This document shows positions 17,110-26,800 of a stretch of DNA of 64,000 nucleotides, in pieces (the first letter of the stretch is position 1; every line of letters starts with the position of its first letter). The stretch is from Planctomycetota bacterium (GTDB taxonomy: Bacteria; Planctomycetota; Planctomycetia; Pirellulales; JADFKK01), in the NCBI GenBank assembly GCA_022564995.1, contig JADFKK010000001.1, forward strand, positions 30,786 through 94,785, read 5' to 3'. The notes under the pieces were generated by a model. It made no database searches, was not told the origin of the DNA, and saw nothing but the letters and a program-made list of their open reading frames with translations. The translations under genes and the position numbers were made by a program.

Positions 17110-17162
17110 CCTTGGCCGCGGCTGGTGAATAATTTGGACTAAGCAAATAAGGAGGGTGCATC

Positions 17163-17624
17163 ATGGTTTGTTCTTACGAGAAGAATCGCCTGCGCGGGAC
17201 GTTGGCCGGCTCGTTGGATTTAGTGCCGAGCCAGATGAGTCACTTGTTCGAGCAGCTCCTCGGCGGCTCGTCGCAGCAGCCGGAATCGCAGCCGGGATCG
17301 TGGAACGCTCCCGCGACGCTGTACGAGCAGAGCGACCACTACGCGATCGAGATCGACATGCCGGGCGTCAAACAAGACGATCTGCAAGTGACCTACGAGA
17401 AAGGCGTACTCAGCATCACGGCCCAGCGTAAAGCGGCCGAAGCCGATGATCGCAAAGTGTGGCAAGAAGAGCGCGGCTACGGCCAGGTCAGCCGACAGGT
17501 CAAGCTGCCCGATTTGGCCGACCCGGATTCGATCAATGCCCGCCTGCGCGACGGCGTGCTCAGTGTGACCGTTGCGAAGAAGCCCGAGGCTCAGCCGAAG
17601 AAGATCGAGATTAAGTCGGTGTAA
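17163..17624 (+). CDS. Hsp20/alpha-crystallin small heat-shock protein
   Basis: 'YAIEIDMPGVKQDDLQVTYEKGVLSITAQR ... ARLRDGVLSVTVAKK'. AAGGAGG Shine-Dalgarno sequence 8 nt upstream. Confidence 0.85.
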   Translation: MVCSYEKNRLRGTLAGSLDLVPSQMSHLFEQLLGGSSQQPESQPGSWNAPATLYEQSDHYAIEIDMPGVKQDDLQVTYEKGVLSITAQRKAAEADDRKVWQEERGYGQVSRQVKLPDLADPDSINARLRDGVLSVTVAKKPEAQPKKIEIKSV

Positions 17625-17661
17625 GGGGAAGCTGGTGAACGGCGCAACGCGTTTCGGCGAG

Positions 17662-17681
17662 CCCCGAGCGTTAGCTCGGGG
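17662..17681 (+). terminator. hairpin downstream of hsp20
   Basis: CCCCGAGC-GTTA-GCTCGGGG, 8-bp stem. No clear U-tract. Confidence 0.35.
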
Positions 17682-17772
17682 GTAATACGTCCGCATGTGG
17701 GGCGAGTGAAATCAAAGGACGTATCACCGACGGCCTCACGGCCGCCGCTCGCCGTGTGCGGAAGCGCGCTTA

Positions 17773-17982
17773 CTACCTTCTCCACGCCAGCCACTTCTTC
17801 ATCAGCCCCGCCACGCGCGGCGTTAGCTTGGTGCGGGAGTAGGCGTCGGCGATGCGCTTGAGCACTTCGACCTGCGTCGGGTAACAATGAATCGTGGCGG
17901 CCAGCGTGGCCAGGGTGTGGACCACGGCGAAGCCTTCGTCTTCGCCGTCGAGAATCGCCCGATCGACCTCTTTGACTGGCAC
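17773..17982 (-). pseudogene. C-terminal remnant of a pyridine nucleotide-disulfide oxidoreductase (dimerisation domain)
   Basis: The 69-aa ORF ends 'ATIHCYPTQVEVLKRIADAYSRTKLTPRVAGLMKKWLAWRR'. From memory this resembles the C-terminus of ~470-aa flavoprotein disulfide reductases. No upstream body is present. Confidence 0.45.
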
Positions 17983-18063
17983 AACGCGAACATCTTAGAA
18001 GTCGCGAATCCGCCCGGTCTGTGATCTGTCCGACGTTCAGGGTGGGAATTCCGACGCCCGCCG

Positions 18064-18552
18064 TTATTCGTCTGGATGGTTGTTCTCGTCAGGCTTGTCG
18101 CGGTCGACCACCCGGGCATCGATGATGACGTCGCGCGGCGTCTCGTCTTCACCGGCACCGGGCCCTGCATCGACGGTGAATCCGCGCAGGCGAAACCGCT
18201 GTTTGAACTTCCGCACGATGCGCCGCTTGATGATTCGCCGACAGCCGGGCACCAGCAGCGAAAAGCCGACCACGTCGGTCATGATTCCGGGCGTCACCAG
18301 CAGCACGCCGGCGATGAGAATCAGCAGCCCGTCGAGCAGCGAATCTCCCGGCATGTGGCCCTGAGCCAATTCCTGCTTAATTCGCTGCGAGGTTTTCCAG
18401 CCCTGCCGCCGCGCGAGCGTCGCCCCGATCAGGCCGGTCAGCAAAATGAGAGCCAGCGTAAATCCGTGTGACGTGTATTCATCGATGTAGAGCAGCAGCA
18501 CGACTTCCAGAAGTGGAACGACCGTGAACAGCAGAAACAGCTTGAACAACAC
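18064..18552 (-). CDS. fxsA: FxsA family membrane protein
   Basis: 'LFKLFLLFTVVPLLEVVLLLYI' plus a 'GIMTD..GF.LL.P' type core. GTG start at 18552 chosen (AGGA 10 nt upstream); the ORF track extends to 18627. Confidence 0.7.
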   Translation of the reverse strand: MLFKLFLLFTVVPLLEVVLLLYIDEYTSHGFTLALILLTGLIGATLARRQGWKTSQRIKQELAQGHMPGDSLLDGLLILIAGVLLVTPGIMTDVVGFSLLVPGCRRIIKRRIVRKFKQRFRLRGFTVDAGPGAGEDETPRDVIIDARVVDRDKPDENNHPDE

Positions 18553-18574
18553 GGCGAGGCAGTCCTGTGGGGCG

Positions 18575-18634
18575 GATCGTCGTTGTTCGCTCCGCGAACG
18601 AAATGTTTGGTTCGCGGAGCGAACCACAACGATC
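18575..18634 (-). terminator. 25-bp-stem hairpin directly after the TPR gene stop
   Basis: GATCGTCGTTGTTCGCTCCGCGAAC, 10-nt loop, GTTCGCGGAGCGAACCACAACGATC (3 mismatches). No U-tract. Confidence 0.35.
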
Positions 18635-18636
18635 CA

Positions 18637-20853
18637 CTATCGCTGCTTCGGGGCATCCGTCACTTTCACCTGGCGGGCCAATTGGAGATAATTGTCTGCT
18701 GGGCTCTTCTGCCCCAGTCCGCGGTGCATGAAGGACAAGTTGGCGTAGGGAATGCCCAGCGACGCGCGTTCCAACAGCCCGGCAGCGACGGCGATTTCCA
18801 TCAGTTCGCGTCCCTGATCGGTCAGCCGCAGCGCTTTTTGCTGCTGGCCGGTTTTCCAATACGACACACCGACGCTAACCAGGATCTCTCCGCGCGCTGC
18901 CGCGTCGACATTGGCGCTCTGGGGAACTTGCCCTTCCAGAAGCGAGATCGCCCGCTCGTACCACTTCACGGCCTGTGCGTGATCGTTTCGTCCGACCGCG
19001 TAAACCAGGCCGATGCGGTAGTGTAGCCGGCCTTCGGCCTGCAACAACTGGGGCGTCGGTTTTCGCCCAGCTGTGCCTTTCTCGAATTGTTCGACGGCCA
19101 GACTGCCGAGTTGAAGCGCCTGGTCGTATTTTCCCTGCGCGTGGGCGATCCGCACGGCTTCGTGCAGCATGTTGGCCAGCAGCCATTGGATTCGTTGGCG
19201 ATGCAGCGGATCGGTGGCGTCGGCGATCATTTTTCGACTCACCGCCAGCGCGTCGCCGGTCCAGGGGCTCGGATCGAACTGGGCTTTGGTCGCCACGCAG
19301 GCCGACAGCGCCGTCTGCATCACGGCCAGCCGCAACTGTTCGTCGCCCTGATCTTTTTCGATCAGGTTTTCCACGTAGGCCGAGGCCCGATTGAGCCATT
19401 TCGGCACGACACGCTGTTTTTCCTTCCAATCGCCCCAGGCGATGTCTCGGGCAACACCCAGATGGGCCTCGACCAAGACCCGCTTGCCGATGCGGCGAAT
19501 CTTGATTTGCTGGCTCTGGGCCAAAGGCTGGGCGGTTTTGATAGCTTCGAGATGGTTCTTGATGGCTGCGGCGAAATCGCCACGCGGCGTGCGGGCGAGC
19601 AAATCACCCTGGCGGCACAAGGCCTGTGCCTTGAGCGGCGCCGGAAAATTTGCCACGGCGAGCAACGATTCGATGGCCTTGCCGGCCTGCTGGAATTGGC
19701 CGGCTTCCTGCATGACTTTGGCCCGGCTGAGTTGGTATTCGAAGTTATCCGGGGTGATTCGCAGCGCCTCGTCGATCGCGGCACGAGCCTCGTCAAGGCG
19801 ACCGATGGCGAGCAAGACGCTGGCTCGCAGGGCATGCGCGCTGGCCAGCCGAGGGTCCATCCGCAGTGCGAAATCGAGGTCGGCCAACGACGCGGAATAC
19901 TGACCGCTACGACGTCCGCGAGCCCGGGTGAAGAACGCAACGGCAGTCGGCGTTTCGACGATCACTTGGGCGACCGAGTGTTTCTCTACTCCGGCCGGCG
20001 CGAACAAGAACAACACGCCATGTTCGGGAAAGGCCTGTCCGAGCGGCTGACCCCGGTCATCGGTGACCAAGGCGGCGCCAGTCGCATCGTAATTGAGTTG
20101 TCCGGCGAGCACGGCGGCGGCGGTCGGCTTTTTGAGCGTGACCACGATCGATACAACGGTGTCTCCCTTGAGCGACACGTCGACCTGCTTGAACGGCTCG
20201 AATTGGTAGGTATTAAAGGTCGTGCCGTTTTCGGTGACTCCTTTGATCGGAGCACCCCAGGTCTTGGCCAGATCGGCAAGTGTCGACTTGCCGGGCTGAA
20301 TTCCCTTGAAATTCGCCGGGTCGAGCTCGATATGTTTCTCGTCGGCGGCTTGGGGAACCGGCGCGATGGCCGGCTCCTCCGGCGGCGCGTCGGCCCGTGT
20401 TGGATTGGCCCGTGTTGGATTAGCCCGTGTTGGATTAGCCCGTGTTGGATCAAACGGTTGAGCCGGACGGACGATCGATCGCAATTCACCCGAATCAGCC
20501 GCTGGCATCGGCACGTCGCTTGGAACCGGCACGGGCATCGGCGCCGCCTGAATCGGCGCCGCCTGAATCGGCGCCGCCTGAATCGGCTCCAGCGGAGTGG
20601 GACGCTCAGCCGCCGGAACCGGTCCCAGCGGCAGCGGCGGCTCATTGGCCGGCGCCCTCACGGCCGGCTGTGGGGCAGCCTCGTCAGTGGCCACCGCCGG
20701 TTCGCCGGCCGGCTCAACGGGTGCTTGCCACGCCGCGATGTTCCCCGCGACCAAGACCGCCGCGATCACCGCAACCAGTAGTAAAGCGCCTCTTCGTCGG
20801 GCGCCGGAAGTCTCGATCATTGCAATTCGCATTTGCGTGTTCCTCCTGAACAC
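18637..20853 (-). CDS. membrane-anchored TPR repeat protein with Pro-rich linker
   Basis: 738 aa. N-terminal TM, (IQAAP)x3 and (PTRAN)x4 pentapeptide repeats. TPR-like helical repeats in the C-terminal 450 aa. Confidence 0.75.
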   Translation of the reverse strand: MFRRNTQMRIAMIETSGARRRGALLLVAVIAAVLVAGNIAAWQAPVEPAGEPAVATDEAAPQPAVRAPANEPPLPLGPVPAAERPTPLEPIQAAPIQAAPIQAAPMPVPVPSDVPMPAADSGELRSIVRPAQPFDPTRANPTRANPTRANPTRADAPPEEPAIAPVPQAADEKHIELDPANFKGIQPGKSTLADLAKTWGAPIKGVTENGTTFNTYQFEPFKQVDVSLKGDTVVSIVVTLKKPTAAAVLAGQLNYDATGAALVTDDRGQPLGQAFPEHGVLFLFAPAGVEKHSVAQVIVETPTAVAFFTRARGRRSGQYSASLADLDFALRMDPRLASAHALRASVLLAIGRLDEARAAIDEALRITPDNFEYQLSRAKVMQEAGQFQQAGKAIESLLAVANFPAPLKAQALCRQGDLLARTPRGDFAAAIKNHLEAIKTAQPLAQSQQIKIRRIGKRVLVEAHLGVARDIAWGDWKEKQRVVPKWLNRASAYVENLIEKDQGDEQLRLAVMQTALSACVATKAQFDPSPWTGDALAVSRKMIADATDPLHRQRIQWLLANMLHEAVRIAHAQGKYDQALQLGSLAVEQFEKGTAGRKPTPQLLQAEGRLHYRIGLVYAVGRNDHAQAVKWYERAISLLEGQVPQSANVDAAARGEILVSVGVSYWKTGQQQKALRLTDQGRELMEIAVAAGLLERASLGIPYANLSFMHRGLGQKSPADNYLQLARQVKVTDAPKQR

Positions 20854-21095
20854 AACGGTCTGTCCCGAGAATTAGCGGCGAAGTATAGCAATCCGCCGAA
20901 ACGGGTCCAGCCGAGATTGGGGGAGATTGCGAAAAAAGTGATCAAGCTAGCGATCGCCGCCTGCGCTAACCTGCCTCAGCCGCCACCTCATCCGCGTCGT
21001 TTCAGCGCGATGCCGCCAACTTCAATCGTATGCCAGCCTTTTTTCGCGAGTGCCATTTTCGGTTCCGCGAATGTCTGGGTTACGCTTCCCGGCCA

Positions 21096-21146
21096 GCCCC
21101 ATTATCCTGTCCGGGGCGGGAGAGGGAAAGCGGGAAGGGGAATGGG
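21096..21146. repeat. dispersed G-tract element, copy 2
   Basis: GCCCCATTATCCTGTCCGGGGCGGGAGAGGGAAAGCGGGAAGGGGAATGGGG. The 19-mer CCCATTATCCTGTCCGGGG is identical to copy 1. Confidence 0.7.
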
Positions 21147-21195
21147 GCGGTGTCCTAATAGTGTGTTGCTGGACAGAAAACGCCGGCGATATTCC

Positions 21196-21816
21196 TTACA
21201 GCGTCCATTTGAGAAGAACCTGAACCCAGCCTATAGTTACATAACCGCCTCTTGAATAGAGAATCCTAACGTCTTCATTAAAGGGCTGCTTTCCCCCTTT
21301 CCACTGGATATAGCCGACCACGTTCAGGGTAAAGTCTTGCCTCTCATCGATACAGTGAGGGATGCTAATTCGGGCCGCGTAGAATTCCCTATTCTCTCGC
21401 TGATCTGACGGAAAAACTTCAAGTTCAGAAAGAATGCCAGCTCTTGGATTTTCCTTGCGAACGAACTTGCCGCTTTGTCCATCTTCGTAAGTAATTGTGA
21501 CTTCTTCGATGACGACGTGCCCCCCCTTGTGCTTCTGATCCGTTGTCAGAAAGAGGTCGACCGAAGCGGGCATTGCCCCGCCGCTGTAGGTAAAGAGAAA
21601 AGGGATACCGACTTGATAGCGAGGAACTTCCATCGACGCACTCAAGTAAAGGCTCCGCTTCTCGTCGAGAAACTCTTCCCAGAAATCTACGTCTTTGGTT
21701 CCACCGACGGGAATACCGCTGGGCATTGCTCCGAAATGTATACCCAGAGTCGCGGCCCAAATGAGCAGCATGCAAACGGCGACGCGCGTCAGGATTTTTC
21801 GTTTTTCCGTCATCAT
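21196..21816 (-). CDS. hypothetical membrane-anchored/secreted protein, low-GC orphan
   Basis: 206 aa with an N-terminal hydrophobic segment. Visibly AT-richer than its neighbours. No recognisable domain. Confidence 0.55.
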   Translation of the reverse strand: MMTEKRKILTRVAVCMLLIWAATLGIHFGAMPSGIPVGGTKDVDFWEEFLDEKRSLYLSASMEVPRYQVGIPFLFTYSGGAMPASVDLFLTTDQKHKGGHVVIEEVTITYEDGQSGKFVRKENPRAGILSELEVFPSDQRENREFYAARISIPHCIDERQDFTLNVVGYIQWKGGKQPFNEDVRILYSRGGYVTIGWVQVLLKWTL

Positions 21817-21884
21817 GTGTCCATGGGTTCGGACCGTAATTAGTGCGGGGGCGCGACCAGTGGTCTCTACATTCGCTCGGGGCG

Positions 21885-23723
21885 CTACAATTCTATCTCG
21901 ATGGTCTTTGACGTATCCGTTCCCTGCGATGAGATGCCCTTGAGTGTCTTGACTCGTTTGCCCTCGCCGACTTTGACGGTGTACTTGCCGGGTTTGAAGA
22001 CCTTGGGGCGGAACTTGCGGCCGTTGATTCGCAGGGTGTAGACGATCTCGCCGCTCGATTCGTCGATGACCTGTACGACCGGATTGCTCTGGCCGGTGAC
22101 GCGAATGGTCGGCAAATAGGCCACCGCCTTGCGGCCGTAGTTATCCTCTTGATCGATGACGATCGGCCAGCCGGGATACTGCTTGGCGCCCTCCGCGGTC
22201 ACGTCGACGCCCCGCGGCCAACATTCCATCGTGATCTTGCGGGTCCGCTTGTTGAAACGAATCAACCCGTAGCCGGCGGCGCGGCGGTTCTTGTCGGTGG
22301 GATTGGCGTAAGCGTGCATCGTGACTTTGTTGTCGAAACCGTCCTTGAACTCGCCGGTGTACTTGAGCGGCCCCTTGATCGGGTTCTTCCCCAGCTTCTC
22401 CGGCAGCCACCAGCGGTTGTAGAAGTTGATGATCGAGGGCACGCAGAACGAATAGCCGGCGTCGTTCCAATCGTCGATGCCGTGATGAATCACGGTGGCC
22501 AAATGCTGATCGCCGCCGATCATCAGGGCGTAGCCCTTGCGAATTTCGGCCAGCGCCTTGTTTCGCCCGGTCTGCGGCCAGCCGTTCGAGTCGAGGTCGG
22601 CGTGCAGGCGATAGTTGAATCGCCCGTGCAAGTGGGCGGCGTTGGCGAAGACGGTCTGCGACAGCACGGCCTTCATCTCGGCCCCCTGCCAGTCGGTCGC
22701 CCAATGACGCAGAAACTTGAGCTGCCGCTCGCCGAGCAGCTTGGCCCCTTTCACGTCGACCGATTTGGGGTCGTAATTGGGGTCGGTGATGTGATCGGGC
22801 CGCGGGCCTTGTTTGGGCACCAAACCCGACGGGCCGCTCTTGAACTTGCGGTCTTCGATAATCGCCAGGCTGATTCCGCCCACGGTCATCGACGTGTAAT
22901 AAACGCCGATGCCGCGTTGGATCGGCGTCGGATCGTACGGATCGGGCAGGTGACTGGTCTGCGCCCGTTCGACTTCCTTGACGAACTCGACCGGATAGAA
23001 GTAACCGCCGTCGTGTCCGGCGCCGGTGTTCGACTTGCGTCCGCCGGCGCCCCACAGATTAGCTTGCCCAACGTCGTGATCGTCGGGAATGGTGATCGTC
23101 GGGTGGTTGCGAATGATCTCGCCGAATTGCCGGCCGAAGACGAGCCAAGACGCATAGTGGCGGCCGTGGTCGTAAACCTGATCGCCGGAAAAAAACAGCA
23201 GGTCGACGTCTTGGGCCTTGATGTTCGCGATGATATCGGGCCGCGGGCCGCGATTGCGATTGGAGTTACCGGTGAAGGCCGCGATGCGAATCTCGTTTTT
23301 GTCCACCGGGTCTTTGCGAATCAGGCCGGTGTAATAAGCAGTCTTGCCGTGGGCCACGCGATACTCGATGTGCTTGGTCGAGTCCCATTTCTCAACCCGA
23401 AACGGCGCGGTCCAGCCCCGCTCGATGATCTTCGCGGTGGCAATCTGTTTCCACTGGCCGTTCTGTTTGATTTCCAGTCGGCAGACCTTCGGGTCGCTCG
23501 CCTCGAGCGGATAAAGCTGCGCGGTCAGTTTGAGGATGTTGTTGTGGACCGTGTACAGGGCAAAACAGATCACCTCGTCTTTGCCGACCTTGGGAATCAC
23601 CAGCGCCGGGCGTTTCGGTCGCGGCTGCTTTTTCTTCTTGGCCTGGGCCGCCAAGGGCGAGGTCAGCAAGGCCGCGAAAATCAACGTGACGAGGGTCACA
23701 GCGCCGAAATGTTTGAGCCGCAT
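21885..23723 (-). CDS. secreted PhoD-like / calcineurin-like metallophosphoesterase
   Basis: Signal peptide 'LIFAALLTSPLAAQA'. 'LLFFSGDQVYDHG' and 'IPDDHDVG' metallophosphatase motifs. Confidence 0.55.
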   Translation of the reverse strand: MRLKHFGAVTLVTLIFAALLTSPLAAQAKKKKQPRPKRPALVIPKVGKDEVICFALYTVHNNILKLTAQLYPLEASDPKVCRLEIKQNGQWKQIATAKIIERGWTAPFRVEKWDSTKHIEYRVAHGKTAYYTGLIRKDPVDKNEIRIAAFTGNSNRNRGPRPDIIANIKAQDVDLLFFSGDQVYDHGRHYASWLVFGRQFGEIIRNHPTITIPDDHDVGQANLWGAGGRKSNTGAGHDGGYFYPVEFVKEVERAQTSHLPDPYDPTPIQRGIGVYYTSMTVGGISLAIIEDRKFKSGPSGLVPKQGPRPDHITDPNYDPKSVDVKGAKLLGERQLKFLRHWATDWQGAEMKAVLSQTVFANAAHLHGRFNYRLHADLDSNGWPQTGRNKALAEIRKGYALMIGGDQHLATVIHHGIDDWNDAGYSFCVPSIINFYNRWWLPEKLGKNPIKGPLKYTGEFKDGFDNKVTMHAYANPTDKNRRAAGYGLIRFNKRTRKITMECWPRGVDVTAEGAKQYPGWPIVIDQEDNYGRKAVAYLPTIRVTGQSNPVVQVIDESSGEIVYTLRINGRKFRPKVFKPGKYTVKVGEGKRVKTLKGISSQGTDTSKTIEIEL

Positions 23724-23805
23724 GGTGTGCCTTTCGAGGAAACAAGAAGTGTAGCAGGGCGGACGGGGATGGCTGACGGTCGGCTGAGACGCTCCGAGAC
23801 AACGT

Positions 23806-26800
23806 CTATACTATAGCCCGTGCGCCGTGGCTCTCAACTGCCGCGGATTTTCGTGCGCCACACGCCGAAATGCAGTGCATCTCGGTTGCCAGCAGGGCGT
23901 CGAGCTGCTCTTTCGGCGGCAGTTCGAGGAATACTTCGCCGCCTGAGACCTTGACGGGAAAGACCTTCAGGGAGAAGTTCTCGCCCGACAGAGACTCGCC
24001 CGTCTTTAGCGAGAATGGTTTCTTGTGCAGCGGGCAGGCGACCTTCGGAACATTGTCGGCGCTGCCGATGATCCCCCGCGAAAGCACAAAGGCGTTCTTG
24101 TGTGGGCACATATTCTGGCAGGCGTACCACTCGCCGCGGCTGGTGAAGTTGTACACGGCGATTTGCACCTGCCCATATTTGATCGCGGCGCCGCCGTTTT
24201 CAGGGAATTCGCTGACGTAACCGACTTGGACCCACTGTTTTTTCAAGCGGCCCGTGTCTTTCGGTCGGTCGCCGCGAGCATGTCCGTTGCCGTTGGCCGC
24301 CGCTTGACCGTTCGTAGCGGTGGCATGGCCGTTTCGCTTGCTGGCGGAAGCATCGCCTGCCGCGAGAACACCGCCTCTGGGCAGATCAATTTGCACGAGC
24401 GGCACGTCGTCTTTGGGCGGAATGTTGTCCCTGGGCCAATCGGCCGGCCGCCGCTGGCCGCGCTCGTCGATGATCTCGATGCCCGCCTGGGTTTCGTCCG
24501 TGTTGACGAATTGTCGAAACGCGCGGCGTTTCTCCGGGTCGTTCACCACTTCTTTCCATTCGCACTTGTAGGTATCGACCAAATGTTGCATGCGCCGCTC
24601 CAACTCGTCGCAGATGCCGAGCTTGTCGTGGAGCACAACGTCCTTCAAGTGTTCCAGGCCGCCTTCCATATTCTCCAGCCAGGTAGCGGTGCGAGTTAGC
24701 TTCTCGGCGGTGAAGATGTAATACATCAAGAAGCGGTCGATGGTGCGAATGGCGGCCTGTTCATCAACATCGGTGATCAACAGGTCGGCGTGCCTCGGCT
24801 TGGCTCCGCCGTTTCCGCATACGAAAACATTGTAGCCGTTCTCTGTTGCGATCAGACCGACGTCTTTGCATTGGGCTTCGGCGCATTCGCGCGCGCAGCC
24901 GCTGACCGCCAACTTGATCTTGTGCGGCGCGCGAATGCCTCGATAGCGCTGTTCGATGCGAATGGCGAAGGCCACGCTATCTTGCACGCCATAGCGACAC
25001 CAAGTCGAGCCGACGCAGCTCTTGACGGTGCGGACTGCTTTTCCGTAGGCGTGGCCGCTCTCGAAGCCCTCGTCGATCAGCTCCTCCCAGATGTCCGGCA
25101 GTTGATGGAGCTGCGCGCCAAACAGATCGACCCGCTGCGCGCCGGTGATCTTGGTGTAGAGCCCGTATTTCTTTCCGACGCGGCCCAACGCCATCAGCTT
25201 GTCCGGCGTGATTTCGCCGCCGGGAATGCGCGGCACGATGCTGTACAGGCCGCCTCGCTGTGTGTTGGCGAGGAACCGGTCGTTGGTGTCTTGCAGCGTC
25301 TGGTGCTGCGATTCGACGATGGTCTCGTTCCACAGGCTGGCGAGGATGGACGAAACGGTCGGTTTGCAAACTTCACATCCGCTGCCGTTGCCGTGCGAGG
25401 CAAGCAGGGCGTCGAACGTCTTGATCTGCTTTATCTTGACAATGTCGAACAATTCCTGCCGCGAATGGGCGAAGTGTTCGCAGAGGTGATTGTTGAGTGT
25501 AACTCCCGCTTTGGCCATTTCAGCGCGAAAGATGTCGGTTACCAACGGCAGGCAGCCGCCACAGCCGGCGCCGGCCTTGGTGCATGATTTGACTTCGCCG
25601 AGCGACGTTAGGTTCTGCTCGTCGATGGCGGCGCGGATGGCGCCTTTGCTGACGTTGTTGCAAGAGCAAACTTGGGCATCGTCGCTCATCGTATCGGCGC
25701 CGAGCGACGCACCCGCATCGCCGCCAAAGCCCATCAACTCGCCCGGCGGACATGGCAACGGGTCGCCGCTTGTGGCGAGGTGCAAGAGCGCGCCGTAATC
25801 GGCCGCATCGCCCACCAGGATTCCGCCCAACAACCGCTTGCCATCGCGGTCGAAAAGCAGCTTCTTGTAAACCCCGGCAAAAGCATCCTCAAAAACCAGC
25901 GGCACCGCGACGTCGGGCTCGGCCTCGTGCTGGCCGAAGCTGGCGACGTCGACCCCCAACAGCTTGAGCTTCGTCGACAGGTCGCTGCCCGTGAATGCGC
26001 GCAAAAAGGGACCGGAAGTCTTTGTTTGAGGCTCCGTTGATTCACAAAAACGACTCCCGGACCCTTTTTCATCACACAGATTCGCGGCGAGGGTTTCGGC
26101 CATCTCGTAGCCGGGAGCGACCAGCCCGTAAATCATGCCGTCGTGCAGAGCCACTTCGCCGATGGCGAAGATGCTGGGATCGGATGTTTGCAGGTGGTCG
26201 TTGACGACGACGCCTCCCCGCTCTCCGACATCCAGCTTGCAGTTTCGGGCCAGCTCATCGCGGGGCCGGATGCCGGCCGAGACGATAATCATTTCAACGT
26301 CGAGCGAATCGCCGTCGGCAAACCTCATCCCCTCGACGCAGCCATCGCCGGTGACTTCCTTCGTGGCTTTGTTCAGATGCACGCGGACGCCCAGCTCCTC
26401 GATCTTCTGGACGAGGATGCGCGAGCCGGCGTCGTCCAATTGGCGTGGCATCAGACGCGGAGCGAACTCGATGACGTGCGTTTTCAGCCCGAGACCGTGC
26501 GCCGCCTTGGCTGCTTCCAGGCCGAGCAGCCCGCCGCCGATCACGGCGCAGCGTTTGACCGACTGGCCGTACTCGATGATCTTTTCCAGGTCGCCGATCG
26601 TGCGATAGACGAACACGCCACGTTTCTGGATTCCCTCGACAGGCGGCACAAAAGGATACGAACCGGTGGCGAGCACCACGGTGTCGTACTTAATCGAGAC
26701 GCCCCGGTCGGACGTGACGATGCGCTTCTTTCGGTTGATCTTGTCGGCCCGATCGCCAATGTGAATCTCGATTCCATGCTCGCGATACCAATCGAGCCGG

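Noticed and set aside
19087-20781. Long antisense or alternative-frame ORFs across the window (for example 19087-20781, 22149-23816, 31397-32668, 35792-36910, 24790-25587, 51292-52398)
   Set aside because: They are Arg/Gly/Pro/Ala-rich and have no recognisable motifs. Each lies opposite a gene with clear family signatures. They are high-GC frame artefacts.
21817-21884. A right-end IR for a putative third element next to ORF 21196-21816 (AATTAGTGC at about 21838)
   Set aside because: Only AATTAG matches the E2 right end, there is no complementarity to the left fragment, and there is no flanking duplication.
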